Shown here: piece after piece, positions 14,075 to 27,387 of the stretch
Layout of the letters: the number at the start of each line of letters is the position of its first letter
Numbering within the stretch: the first letter of the stretch is position 1
Assembly (NCBI GenBank): GCA_951406725.2
Contig: OX597820.1
Location: 14,942,001-15,006,000, forward strand
Direction: 5' to 3'
DNA from: Octopus vulgaris
Lineage: Eukaryota
Length of the DNA: 64,000 bases
Program-made: the position numbers and the translations under genes
The notes under the pieces: model-generated
The model's input: only the letters and a program-made list of their open reading frames with translations
Database searches by the model: none
What the model was told of the DNA's origin: nothing

Positions 14075-14330
14075 ATGGAAGCCCTCCTTATATACAAATT
14101 GAGACCAGCCATTAACAACAGGAAGGAACTACGCGAAGTAGACTGGTTGTTACAGCAAAACCAGTCTGCGCATGTCACATTCCTCCTTCTTCCCCTCCCC
14201 CCCACATCTGATGTACGAACAACATCTGAACAGCAACCTTTACCATCCAACGCCCTTCCGAATGTCCTGAAGAAGGGGGTCTCCACCCCGAAATATAAAA
14301 ATACAAGGTAAAACTGCAACTTTGTTCTGT
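14075..14330 (+). mobile_element. Penelope-like element 3' fragment: GIY-YIG C-terminus plus degenerate hammerhead
   Basis: EALLIYKLRPAINNRKE fits the E-x-x-x-I-x-x-x-x-P-x-x-N end of PLE GIY-YIG endonucleases. Followed by CTGAAGA(14267)-ag-GGGGT-ctcc-ACCCC-GAAATATA. Confidence 0.65.
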
Positions 14331-14905
14331 TTTCTTTCCCTTCTATAGTCTACTTTATACCTTCTCGCATTGTCCCGGCCGCGAAATTTTTTTCCCACGA
14401 GAGTTCCGGACCCCAGTAATGAACACATTTCCATACAGCCAATCAGAGCTCACCTTGAAAATCCACATACGTTGTACTACTACAGCACAGCCAGCCAGGC
14501 ATAGAATGGCGTGTACCGCTCTGTGAGTACAGCATAGCAGGTCTTACATAAGCACCACGTTCCCTCCCCCACTACCATCATCATAGATCAACTGAGTATT
14601 ATCTCTATATGGAGCTAACATTAGGTAGCAATGCTCAGACTGAGATTAGTGATACTGCCTGTACCCATTGATATATGCAAGGAAGGCGCAATACAACACA
14701 ACGCCATATTGATTACGATGTTTCCAGATTAACACCAACGTTTTAAATTAGGAATATAAAAAAATCAGTAAAAAATTTAGGAAACTACATTCATTTACAG
14801 TTTCTAGTAAATTACGCAAGCGATGTTGGGGGGACAAACACAGACACACAAACATATACACATGCATACATACATAATACATACATACATACATACATAC
14901 ATACA

Positions 14906-14937
<32 letters not shown>

Positions 14938-14942
14938 CATAC

Positions 14943-14984
<42 letters not shown>

Positions 14985-15113
14985 CCTCGTGAGTACCGCT
15001 GGCGATTTTTTCCTCTGTCTTCTCTTCTTTCCTGAGCGTCCAATAATACTTTATTTGTTCCACGTCCTCGCGTTGTTGTGTTTTTTTGTTTTTTTGTATT
15101 TTCTTGTTTGGAT

Positions 15114-15167
<54 letters not shown>

Positions 15168-15462
15168 GGTTTGGAGATGATGTATAGGTATTTTATATTA
15201 GAAGAAATGAGGTACTCAGAAATTCGGATGGTTTTATATTTACAGATATTTAATTGTATATTACGTGTTTTTATTCATTATATACCATATATCATATGTC
15301 ATATATTAGCGCTTTCGTCCATTCTGGTGGAATTTTCAAATTGAACTAAGTTCTTGGGGAAAATTTGACCATTTTTATAGTGTTATTGAGTGTGTAGTGG
15401 TGGGGAGGGATATAAAATAGAACAAGAGGGTGATGACTGGGGAGAGTGAGAGAGAACATGTG

Positions 15463-15526
<64 letters not shown>

Positions 15527-15756
15527 TGTGTGCGTGTGTGTGCGTGTATGTGATGTGTGTGTTTTTGTATTTGAAAAGAGTGTTAAAGAAAAAGAAGGAA
15601 AGGAAGAAAAGGGAGAGAAAGAAGAAAAAACTTCTTTTTGTTGATCTCTTTGTAGCTGGTCAGGATGTTTACTCCAAGGGGGGCAAAATGTCACTTTTCA
15701 AAAAATTGTCTGGATTTCTTTTTTATCATTGTCTAGTGAGAGAGTGTGTGTATGTG

Positions 15757-15789
<33 letters not shown>

Positions 15790-16073
15790 TTGTATCTGAA
15801 AAGGGTATTAAAGAAAAAAGAACCTAGAACCATGTAGTTGGTAAGCAAGCTACTTACCACACAGCCACTCCTGCGCCTAAGGCAGAAAATAAACACTTGT
15901 TTATTTGTCAGTAAGCAATATTATAATTTCACATTGGGTATTAGACAGTCAGATATGAGATAAGAGGCGCGTGACCTAGCACCAACAGCTCTTCAGAGAT
16001 AACAGGTATAGAAAAAAAATAAAAGGAAACATTAGGTATGCAGAAAGAGATTAAGAGTTAAAGAGTTACATAC

Positions 16074-16243
16074 ATTCGTGACATTCAACAGAAACATCTT
16101 GGTAATGCGAACAGTCATGAGAACCCCAAGAGCGATGCTGGCAATATTTGATGTTGTTTTCAATACCGGTGCATTGTACCTGATCCAACCAGATCCTTCC
16201 TACTCCGCTCGACCGTTTGTTCCTGGGAATCGTATTTCCTATC
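16074..16243 (-). CDS. SRCR protein, domain 3 second half
   Basis: IGNTIPRNKRSSGVGRIWLDQVQCTGIENNIKYCQHRSWGSHDCSHYQDVSVECHE. ttttttag acceptor, gtatgt donor, 170 nt. Confidence 0.95.
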
Positions 16244-16394
16244 CTAAAAAAGAAAATTGGATGAAGACTGTAATATGGAAGAGACTGAGATGAGGGGGGG
16301 GATGAATGGTTGGAGACAAGCAAACTTACAGATGGTCAGAGACAGACATAAACAGACAGACGGATAGATAGACTGACAAACAGACAGGCATACA

Positions 16395-16443
<49 letters not shown>

Positions 16444-17313
16444 TGTTAGGGAATAACAATTCCGGCATAACAGAGGTTCAAATTATTATCAATGAAGAAA
16501 TATATTTTAATTTAGAGATAGTAGACCCCTACATCTCACCAAATAAAAATAATTATTTTAATTTTAAATTCCTACTTATTATTACTTGGCAACACGTGTT
16601 TCATGAAGTACATCCTCGGGTTCCTAAACCACTCCGTGTTTCCCTGGAACCCCTCTCAAAATGCCACCCCAATCATCAGGCCCTTATATAACTTTATCAA
16701 CGTTCAATACAATAAATTATATTTTAATAATTAAAACCCTTAAGTATGTGTAAAATAGGTATGTTTAAATTAGGTATGTTAAAAATTAGTGTCGCTGGAC
16801 TCTACAGTACATGCAATAATTCAGATAAAAATTCAATTAAAGATAAAAACTTGCAAAAATAAAAGTTACACGACTAAATTAAGGAATAAAAAAAATCTTT
16901 AAAAAATCTTTAAAAATCTAAAAAAATATTTAAGAGAGAGAGATTATGAGAGGTAATGTTGTCAGTAAGATCCAAAGGTGTCAGGTAATGCTGAGTAAGT
17001 GCTATGGATAGACCATAGTTGAGTTCCAGGTTCGGTGATTATGCGAATGAGGAGTCCAACGTAGGTCATATATCAGCATGTGTATATATAAAAAATCTTT
17101 TTTCCAGAATGAGATAAAGAAAAAAATAATATATATCCTGGAAACAGCTGTAAGACCTATTTATAAATGTTCTAAAATTTGGACAGCCTTGGTTTTTTTT
17201 AAATCTCATTCTGGAAAATAAATTATATATATATATATGCCCCTTTATTAGACTATTTTTCTTAGTCATTGCACGGTGATCGCCATAAGCTTTAAGCTTA
17301 TATAAAAAATACC

Positions 17314-17368
<55 letters not shown>

Positions 17369-17541
17369 ATCAAGTGACCAACCAGGCTATCAGATGTTGC
17401 TACACATCGCTGGTCACAATGCGCTTCGCATTGTTTTAGCCTTCAAATGACGTCACCCCGCTGGTTAAGCGAGCAGGCCAATATATATGTATGTTTATCT
17501 CTTATAAAGATTTTCTAACTGGCTACTTTGCTTGTAATACA

Positions 17542-17577
<36 letters not shown>

Positions 17578-18428
17578 TGACAAGCAAAGTAGCTAGTTTG
17601 AAAATCTTTATAAGAGATAAAGGTAGTAACCATACTGAGAAGTAATGTTTGTCGGCAGTTCCGTAACTACTGTTTTTAACCCCAGGAGGGTGCCTCCTGC
17701 AGCTGGTTATCGATGTTGTCTGCAACACGATATATATTGCAAGCAGGGGAGCGGATCCCTATCATCTAGATGACGACGGGACAACCCGACCCTCCGGTTT
17801 CGAGCTATTTGTGCTTGTACACACACACAACAACAACAACAACAACAACAATCTGCCATATATCCCAAAAAGAAGCACACTCGAAAACATAGAACAGTAA
17901 TGTATTTATAAGCAGTTAAGTTTATGTCCGGTCATGGAGTGACCAGTGGCTTCGCATTCACAAAGGCCTTAGCCCTGAGACTGTAACGGATTCCGCCCCC
18001 CCCCCCCACGAGGTGCAGAGTTACACTTGTTTTTGGCTTTAGAATCTGACGAGACGTTCACAGAACTAAGACCTTTGTGGGTGTAAAACCATTGGTTACT
18101 TTATGACTGGACATAGACTTAACTACTTATAAAAATATATAAATACATACGCACGCACACACACACACACATACACACACATAAATGGAATAAAAATGCA
18201 ATAGAGGACAGTAAAACATCAGGACAGACAGACAATACAAACGAGGACAGGGTAAGCAACAAACAGAGAGACGGGCTATTCTTGGCCGTCTTTCACCAGT
18301 CAAGTTTCCAGATTGTCCTTACAGTTTCGGTCAGTTACACTTGACACTGTGAACATAACGGATTCCTGGTATATGAATAGCATTCGACTGATAACTCTTT
18401 GCCTCACTACTAGGACTTTCACACTTTC

Positions 18429-18511
<83 letters not shown>

Positions 18512-18851
18512 AAAGAGACAGACAGGAAAGCAGACAGACGGAGGAGATTACAGTGAGAGAAAAATGTGGGCGAAGAAAGTTAAAATGTAAGAATTAAGAA
18601 AATACAGCATTTCAACTTTTACTTCTGTGGCTCACAACCATTTTTGTCTATGGACCGCTTTGGCCCCTATTCTACTGTAGTCGACCCCGAGACTCATTCA
18701 ATGTTTTTTTTTTTTAATCTATTACATTTCTGTAATGAAATATTATTAGAAATTGCATAAAAAATGTTTAATAATATTTTGTGCATTTTAGAAGTGTATT
18801 GCCTAACCAATTTATTGCGCAGAAACTTTAACAGCAAAATCTTATATGGAC

Positions 18852-19220
18852 CAAACCTGGGCACCAAACCGTTAATCTGTTAATCGTTAATTAACCAAGT
18901 AGACATTTTCGTTAATGATTTAACTTTTAAGTTAACTTTGGAAATCATTATCAGACTAATTAACTTCCGTTACATTTAACTTCCGTTAACTCAAGTCAAT
19001 TTGATTTCATAGTTTTGGCTCTTTTCAAAGGTGTTTTTAGCTGGTTTTAAAGCAAAAACTGATTTTTTTTTCCATAATTAAAATTAGCGTTAACGGTTTA
19101 TCGATAACTTCCGTTGCATTTTTAAAGAATTAACTGATTCAAGGTTATCGAAGTTAAGTTTTTGGTTAACGGATTAACAGTTAACGAAGTTAACTTTTCG
19201 ATTGATGGTGCCCACCTTTT
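18852..19220. mobile_element. hAT-type MITE nested in an older non-autonomous element (about 18625-19265)
   Basis: TIR core tgggcacca/tggtgccca; 8-bp TSD ATATGGAC (18844-18851 and 19221-19228); many GTTAAC subterminal motifs. Confidence 0.8.
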
Positions 19221-19292
19221 ATATGGACCCCTCCAAGGGTCATGTGGACCTTTGTGAAGAACCAACGATTTACTTAAAGAAAGTCCAAATAC

Positions 19293-19431
19293 CTGTATCC
19301 CAGCATTCTGCAAATGACGCTAGCTGCGTTGTCGTTCCAAAAGTTGTCACATATTGTACCCCATTGGTTGTTAAAATTTACTTCAACTCTTCCGTACGAA
19401 CTGTTGCTGAGTCTCACGGTTACTGGACTTT
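19293..19431 (-). CDS. SRCR protein, domain 3 first half
   Basis: SPVTVRLSNSSYGRVEVNFNNQWGTICDNFWNDNAASVICRMLGYR. ttttccag acceptor, gtattt donor, 139 nt. Confidence 0.95.
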
Positions 19432-20474
19432 CTGGAAAATTCATTGCGTATTCAGATTGGTTTCGTTTCGATAACAAAATCCACAAGGGAACGGGGAAAA
19501 AATGTATTCATTTTTTTTTAACCTTTTACTTTTTTCGATCATTGGACTGTCACTGAGAAAAATAGGAATGTGACTATTCTATAGCTGTTCTTTCATCTCT
19601 TAGACTCAGACTTAGGTCTCACATAAGCTATTAATGGAACTCTTTTTTCAATTGAGTGACCTGGAGTAACGTGAAGTGAAGGTGTTTTATTCAAGAGTAT
19701 AACGCACCACCCGGTCCGAGAATCGAAACCGCGATCTTACGATCGTGAATATAACACCCTAACTTTCATTTCAGAAAAAAAGTTCTTTCTTTCAACTGAC
19801 AAAGGAAAACAATAAGTTCCTTTCCTCTCCAACGCATACGAGCTTACCCATACACTTAATCTTTATTCTATAATTTTTTCTGGTGCTGACTTCTACTAGT
19901 GGTCTCGGTTTTTCTTTGTCCACATAACGATGCACCAGCCGTGCAGATTCAATATGCCGTAGCCCTGCCCTTCGAGATTTAGGGTTTCATGTCAATGTAA
20001 GAGATCATTATCAATAGCATATTCTGGAAAGAACGCAAGGTCGTATTTGACTTCTGGTGGCTCTGTAGAAAATCCATAAAGTTTTCTCAGCGCATTACAG
20101 AAGTGCTTTCACATAACATATACAGAGAAACAGTTTTCTTATTTGCTAGAGGTAATGTTTGTTGCTCGTGCCTTGGGACGGAACACTAAATGTTTGTTCG
20201 ATTAGCTTGGGTACTATCGTAAGCATTCGAGAAAGAGTACAATGTTGTCTAGAAACTAAAAGAAAAATGTGGTTTTGTATTAGAATTCACGTGCGGCATG
20301 TCACAAGGTCGATATTTAAGTGAACTTTTTTCAACAGAATTAATCTAAGTAATTAATCTAAAATTAATGCAAAGGGGTCTTGATTAAGTCCGTTTCTGAC
20401 TACAACAATTAAAAGATAAGTCAATCACAGCTGGTAATTGATTGGTCCTGCACATATTCAATGAAGCATAGTCA

Positions 20475-20689
20475 TTACTCTTTACTCTTTTACTTGTTTC
20501 AGTCATTTGACAGTGGCCATGCTGGAGCACCGCCTTAAGTCGAGCAAATCGACCCCGGGACTTATTCTTTGTAAGTCCAGTACTTATTCTATCGGTCTCT
20601 TTTGCCGAACCGCTAAGTGACGGGGACGTAAACACACCAGCATCGGTTGTCAAGCAATGCTAGGGGGACAAACACAGACACACAAACAT

Positions 20690-20734
<45 letters not shown>

Positions 20735-20898
20735 AATATATAAGACAGGCTTGTATCAGTTTCCGTCTACCAAAACCACTCACAAGGCATTGGTCGGCCC
20801 GGGGCTATAGCAGAAGACACTTGCCCAAGATGCCACGCAGTGGGACTGAACCCGGAACCATGTGATTGGTTAGCAAGCTACTTACCACACAGCCACTC
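20475..20898 (-). mobile_element. SINE family B
   Basis: Full-length copy. Older or partial copies at about 3700-4062, 26250-26630, 29790-30052 and 39393-39810. Confidence 0.9.
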
Positions 20899-21152
20899 TG
20901 ATATTTTATTTACCAATCTCGAAAGGGTTTCAGCTGGGGAATTGCACTCGAAGTGCAGATTGTCAGAAAAATATGGCAATGCATTCTGTTCGACACTAAA
21001 GTGACTCTGCCGACTCTCTGCCTATAATTATTGAGTACAAACAGAAGAAAGGGGGATAAATCGGATTGCCATGAACAAAAGGGGAATAAATCTGACTCTT
21101 CAATTACTACTATTAGTCGGTGATTCGCTTTTAAATATCTGTGGCTACTTCT

Positions 21153-21430
21153 ACCTATTTCTTTTACTACCCTCAGAACGTAACGGCAGACGAAATACCT
21201 ATTTCTTTACTACCCACAAGGGGCTAAACACAGAGAGGACAAACAAGGACAGACAAACGGATAAAGTCGATTTGTCGACCCCAGTGCGTAACTGGTACTT
21301 AATTTATCGACCCCGAAAGGGTGAAAGGCAAAGTCGACCTCGGCGGAATTTGAACTCAGAACGTAGCAGCAGACGAAATACCGCTAAGCATTTCGCCCGG
21401 CGTGCTAACGTTTCTGCCAGCTCGTCGCCT
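21153..21430 (-). mobile_element. SINE family A
   Basis: Same family, with a partial extra unit. Confidence 0.88.
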
Positions 21431-21942
21431 TCTGTGGCTACTTGTACCATTAAAGGTTCTTTCTTTCTTGCCTTAGCTAATTACTCGGATAAAAATCGTT
21501 TTCCCTAAAACGAGAGCAAATAGGAACGAATCTGGTTACATTTGTCAATATACAGGCAAGTCTCTTTTTCAAAACACTAATACCGAAAAATCAAATGATA
21601 AGAATCAGTCAGGTTGTGGTTACCTTGGGAACATCTTACACCTGCATCATTAGTGTGATCACAGCTGTGTATACCCCAGTGGGGATGTGTACATTCATCG
21701 ATTGATACTTCAGTACTGTTGCACTGTACGTCTGATAGCCATATTTGACCTTGACCTTTGGGTACTTGACTACCTTTTACTGCATACCCCTTCCTGTCAA
21801 AGATACAAACAGAACCATATCATTAATAACAACAACAACAACGGCGAGCTGGCAGAAACGTTATACTAGTACTGTACTCTAGGAGTACTGTACTATAGGA
21901 GTACTGTACTATAGGAGTACTGTACTCTAGGAGTACACAAGA

Positions 21943-22560
21943 CTACGCCACAGAGTGCAACCATAGGCGACTATAACCCAAGTTTTGTTTTGATATTTCA
22001 TGACAGGCGACCCTCTTTATATCCAACAATTCACAGAGCATGACCTTTTTCGGGTGTACTCTTGGCTTGGAGATGAGCTCTCCTTTTTCATTGGGTGCCA
22101 ACCATTGTCGTTTCCGTTGGATATGGTTAAAGACAAGCCACTTTTCATCACTTGTGATGATTCTATCCAGGAATGGTTCGGCAGCAAGTCTACTCTTCAA
22201 CGACGAACAGATGGTAAGTCTTTGATTAAACTGGGAAGCAGTCAAAGGATGACGGATCCTAGCTATGTTTAGATACTTTTCTTGGTAACTGTAAGTGCTT
22301 CATGATCGAAGTGAGACGCAAAATGAAATGTTTTGCTAATTCTCGAACGGTTTACTTTGGGTTTTCTTCAACTGCAGTTTTCAGAAATTCAATATTGACA
22401 AAACTTGATCGTCCGGATCGAGGGGAATTTGTGCAAAAAAAAAAAAAAAAAAATTCCTGAGTGAAGCTGGCCAAGTTTTCCTTTGAATACCCAGACCTTT
22501 AAAGCTTCATGTGGACAGAAAGAATACTTTTTGTCGTTTTTATTGTTGAAGAACCCATTT
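21943..22560 (-). mobile_element. Mariner transposase relic
   Basis: PFLDRIITSDEKWL...HPKKVML motifs; frame broken. Confidence 0.85.
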
Positions 22561-23059
22561 TAAATGCCTACAGCATATAGTCTGATATAAATTCTTTTCA
22601 AAAGAGCAAAATCGATACAAATTTAACCACTATGTTATTAAGTAATCTACAAAGAAAGGGAAAAGATATAATGCAAAAAATTAAAGCTTATTTTGTCTAT
22701 TGAAAAAATACCGTCAAATGTGATCGCATGAGAAAAACATAATAGATGAAAAATGTATTATATTGAGAACTACAGCAGACTACTATGGCACTGCGTTAAA
22801 CTGATATCAGTATGAACATATTGATTATATTATTGGTTTAATTCTATTCGACAAAAAGAGATTTCATTCTTACAAATATCCCATCATTCTGCAGAATACT
22901 ATTGCGTCGTTGTCATCCCAGCCGATGTTGCATATGCTTCCCCAGTCATTGTTATATCTCAGCTCAGCACGGCCATTGGTTTTCTCTCCTACAATTCGAG
23001 CATCGACGCTGTAACCTGAAAGACAAAAACGGATTTCTTACTGAGATTGACGAAAGAAA

Positions 23060-23205
23060 GTGCGAGACTGTGTCGAAGGCCTTGGAGAGATCCAAGAAGG
23101 CAACCTCCAACCGCGGTATTCTCAGCCGTGCTGGCCTCCTCATCGCACGACTGACGAGCTGCCGAAGGAGAAACGAGTTCTCACTGCAGCCGTCAGTGAA
23201 GTGAT
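23060..23205 (-). mobile_element. R2/NeSL-like RT fragment
   Basis: Minus strand reads DGCSENSFLLRQLVSRA...LEVAFLDLSKAFDTVSH. Confidence 0.75.
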
Positions 23206-23425
23206 CGGTTTAAGCCCTTGGTTTACACATAATTAGGAGGGACAACCTTGGCACAATGTTAGGTTTTTCGTCATCATGCATGGTAGAATTAAGTAAATTA
23301 TATACAAGAGAAGGGGTCTGATATTGAAGGGGTTCATTATCACTAAAACAAAACCATTCTTCTGCTCAAATTTCTTACTAGTACTTGAGTAATGAAAATA
23401 TCAAGCAATGAATATGTTTGTGAGC

Positions 23426-23506
<81 letters not shown>

Positions 23507-23781
23507 TAAGCTTCGTTCCAATTTTTTCCATCATTAAATTAGTCAAGTCTATGTACCTCTAGCATAACAGAAGCTATGCGATTTCATTTAGCGAGTCTGA
23601 AATTTCACCAACACCACCCTTCCCCCTAGCGGCAATATCGCTGCGAAGCCGACATTAAAATTCCGGTTGGTTGTATGTAATAAGCAGTGCTATTTTGCTT
23701 GACATAAAATTTAACCTGCAACCCGCTCCATTACTTATGCTGAGAGGGCATTTTTCCGAGTTATGGACAACTAACTGATAC

Positions 23782-24228
23782 TTATTTCTTTACTACCCAC
23801 AAGGGGCTAAACACAAAGAGGACAAACAAGGACAGACAAAGGGATTAAGTCGATTATATCGACCCCAGTGCATAACTGGTACTTAATTTATCGACCCCGA
23901 AAGGATGAAAGGCTAAGTCGACCTCGGCGGAATTTGAACTCAGAACGTAACGGCATACTAAATAACGCTAAGCATTTCGCCCGGCGTGCTAACGTTTCTA
24001 TTTCTTTACTACCCACAAGGGGCTAAACACAGAGAGGACAAACAAGGACAGACAAACGGATTAAGTCGATTATATCGACCCCAGTGCATAACTGGTACTT
24101 AATTTATCGACCCCGAAAGGATGAAAGGCAAAGTCGACCTCGGAGGAATTTGAAATCAGAACGTAACGGCATACGAAATACGGCTACGCATTTCGCCCGG
24201 CGTGCTAACGTTTCTGCCAGCTCGCCAC
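23782..24228 (-). mobile_element. SINE family A dimer
   Basis: Two head-to-tail units. Confidence 0.9.
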
Positions 24229-24305
24229 CTTAACCTACTGATACTATAAAAACGCACGTACGCATGCATTCATATACACGTGCGTATGAGAGTTCTGTTT
24301 GAATG

Positions 24306-24351
<46 letters not shown>

Positions 24352-24384
24352 TCTGCATTAGTAATACGCCAAGTTTGTACTCAC

Positions 24385-24551
24385 GATGTACACACCGCAC
24401 TCGAGCTTCTTGTCCATGTTTACAAGTCACCGTACCCCAAGGGTAGTGAGAACATCCCGATAGTGTCAGTTCTTGTCCATTGCAGTCAACCTTGTCCAAC
24501 CAAATTCGACCGGTGTAACCAGAAACTCTGCTTATTACACGAACACCGTAA
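24385..24551 (-). CDS. SRCR protein, domain 2 second half
   Basis: YGVRVISRVSGYTGRIWLDKVDCNGQELTLSGCSHYPWGTVTCKHGQEARVRCVH. ctccacag acceptor, gtgagt donor, 167 nt. Confidence 0.95.
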
Positions 24552-24618
24552 CTGTGGAGTATGAAAAGAGAGAATAGGAAATATTAACCAAGGATATGAC
24601 AGGAGAGATAATTGAATG

Positions 24619-24680
<62 letters not shown>

Positions 24681-24893
24681 GTTTCTTTATTGGCCACACA
24701 GGGCTGCACACAGACGGGACAAATTACAAGGTAGAGCTTTTCTTTTGGGGGATGAAAAAAAAAAAGTGGCGTGGGTTTTCGATCAAAAAGGATCGTAAAA
24801 GGGAAAAAAGAAAAAAAGAAAAGAAAAAGAAAAAAAGAAGAAAAAAGAGGAAAAAAGGGGAAGAGGAAAAAAGAACGATCAATAGGGATCGTG

Positions 24894-24941
<48 letters not shown>

Positions 24942-24966
24942 AAGAGGGATAGATAGACAGATAGGC

Positions 24967-25029
<63 letters not shown>

Positions 25030-25035
25030 AAGAGG

Positions 25036-25095
<60 letters not shown>

Positions 25096-25637
25096 TGTTT
25101 ATTATTAGCCACATTGGGCCGAACACAGAGGGAACAAAATACAATGTAGAGCTTTTCTTTTGAAACAAGAGAAAAATATAATTTCGATCAAGAGGGATCG
25201 TGAAAACAAAAGAAAAAAGCGCCGATCGAAAGGGATCGTGTATCACAGAAAATGTTGTAAATGTTACAAAAAAGAAAAACAGATTAGATTTATCCGTGAA
25301 AAGAAAAGCCAACAGAAAAGACCACGGTAACCTCGGGCAATGTGTCCTACAAAAACACATTAAAGTAAGTTATTCTCTTTCTGTTTTCTTTCTTTTTCTG
25401 GTTCATAGGATTATGCTCATGGTGGCTCCGTCATTCACATGTGCCATCCTTGCTACATTCACCCATCTTTTATTGAAACATTTGCTAGACAAAATTTCCC
25501 TCTCTACTCTCACCTTCCTTTTCAAGTGATACTTGAAAAAGTTGATGAGAGGTTGACCAGAGAGGAAAGTGTTTGTCTCTAGGCCTTTCAGACGCGTCCA
25601 CCATACACATTTCTTTCGCCATAGCCACAAGTACGAT
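24681..25637 (-). mobile_element. Two tandem 3'-end fragments of the same Tx1 family, each abutting (GATA)n
   Basis: WWTRLKGLETNTFLSGQPLINFFKYHLKRKVRVE is almost identical to the protein at 46346-46560. 3' ends at about 24681 and 25095. Confidence 0.88.
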
Positions 25638-26048
25638 AAAAATTTTAAAAAATTAATAAAAAGAAATTCAATAAAAATTTTTAAAAAATTGATATAAAAA
25701 ATTAATATGAAATTAATAAAAACAGCTGTTTGCAAGCTACACCGTGAAGGAAAATTATAGTCGTCAGCTAAGCTTGACAAAGGCTGTTGATAACACCTAC
25801 ATTGCTAGAAATAGGCGCTAAAGTGCTCCAATGCTGTTATAAAGCACATAACATATACTCTGACGATAGGGGCTGCAATCGTCTCTCAGTATATAGGAAG
25901 ACATTAAGTTTAATCAAGAAATAATCCGTCTTTCAACAAGACAACAAGACCATAAGGCTTTATGTAAAGTGAATATCTGATTCACCTTCTTATTCACTAT
26001 AATGCTTTCAAATTTTACATAAGATCGTCAGAAACACGTCGTACTTAC

Positions 26049-26193
26049 CTGTAACCAAGCATCCGGCAAACCACAGTTGACTCTTGATCACCCCACGAAT
26101 CATCACAAATTGATCCCCATTCGTTCATGTATCTCACTTGAACCAGCCCTTCATTTGAAGTTCCGTCTGTAATTCGGACATCGACCTGGTAAG
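26049..26193 (-). CDS. SRCR protein, domain 2 first half
   Basis: YQVDVRITDGTSNEGLVQVRYMNEWGSICDDSWGDQESTVVCRMLGYS. ccaacag acceptor, gtaagt donor, 145 nt. Not in the ORF track. Confidence 0.95.
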
Positions 26194-26630
26194 CTGTTGG
26201 ATACGAAAAGAGAAAAATCATATTTTCGTACAGAATACAGCGTTTATCTTTTATCGTTTACTCGTTTCAGTCATAAAAGTTCGGCCATGCTGGGGCACCA
26301 CCGTGAAGGATTTTGTCGAGTACACTGATAGTAGTACATTTTTTTTCAAAGTCTGGTATGTATTTTATCGGCCTCATTTGCCGAAGCGCTAGTCTACGGG
26401 AAGTAAACAAATACTGATCGTCAAACGGTAGGGATGGGGAACAAACAGACACAAACACAGAACTATATGACAGGCTTACACACAGTTTCCACCTACCAAA
26501 TTCACAGAGAAAGCATTGGTTTGCCTGAGGTTAAAGTAGAAGACACTTGGGCAAGGTGCCACGCAGTGGGACTGAATTCGGAACCACGTGGCTGCAAAGC
26601 GAGCTCTTTAACCATAGAGCTATGTCTGCG

Positions 26631-26680
<50 letters not shown>

Positions 26681-26703
26681 CAGCTATATATGCGTATATA
26701 CAG

Positions 26704-26749
<46 letters not shown>

Positions 26750-27142
26750 CGTAAAGTATACTAGCAATCTCAATATGGCTAACCACTAAGGGTAGGTGTT
26801 ACTGTAGCTTTTAGCCCCAGGAGATCATCGTCTCCAGCTGGCTTTAGGCACACTTCCTGTGCCCTTATGATATTTGCAAAGGGAGGTCATCCCTCTCTCG
26901 TAAACCTAAGTGATACGCACGGACTGCAGTTCCGAGGTATTTGCCACTTGTCAATGTACGGTAATCACCGGTTTTCGATAAAGAGAGACCTGTTTGCAAA
27001 TATCTATTTAATGTTTTCCCCAGTAACTACTGTCACTGATTTCGAAAAACAGTCTGCAAGCAATAAGAAATCTCTGAACGAGTAACCGCTCGACAACGTA
27101 AAGTATACTAGCCATCTCAATACAAACGTTTACATCTCGTTC

Positions 27143-27180
<38 letters not shown>

Positions 27181-27290
27181 TTGTATATATACATATACTT
27201 GTAATGTCATTTTAGTAAATAAATAAGTTGACATAATATAATGTCTAAAAGTTGATGAACCACCTATTGATCCCCTCCATTTTCTTATTG

Positions 27291-27331
<41 letters not shown>

Positions 27332-27346
27332 AAGTAAAAAAAAACG

Positions 27347-27387
27347 CCACTACAATTGTTTCATGTCTAATGACAATCTTCAGGTGG
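27347..27387 (-). ncRNA. Minimal type I hammerhead ribozyme motif (41 nt)
   Basis: Minus strand reads CCAC-CTGAAGA-t-TGTC-atta-GACA-t-GAAA-C-AATT-G-TA-GTGG. All three stems and the core are present; stem III is palindromic (ACAATTGT). Confidence 0.8.

Noticed and set aside
23152-23185. CTGACGA...GAAAC on the + strand
   Set aside because: Stems do not pair and the region is the antisense of an RT-coding fragment; chance match.
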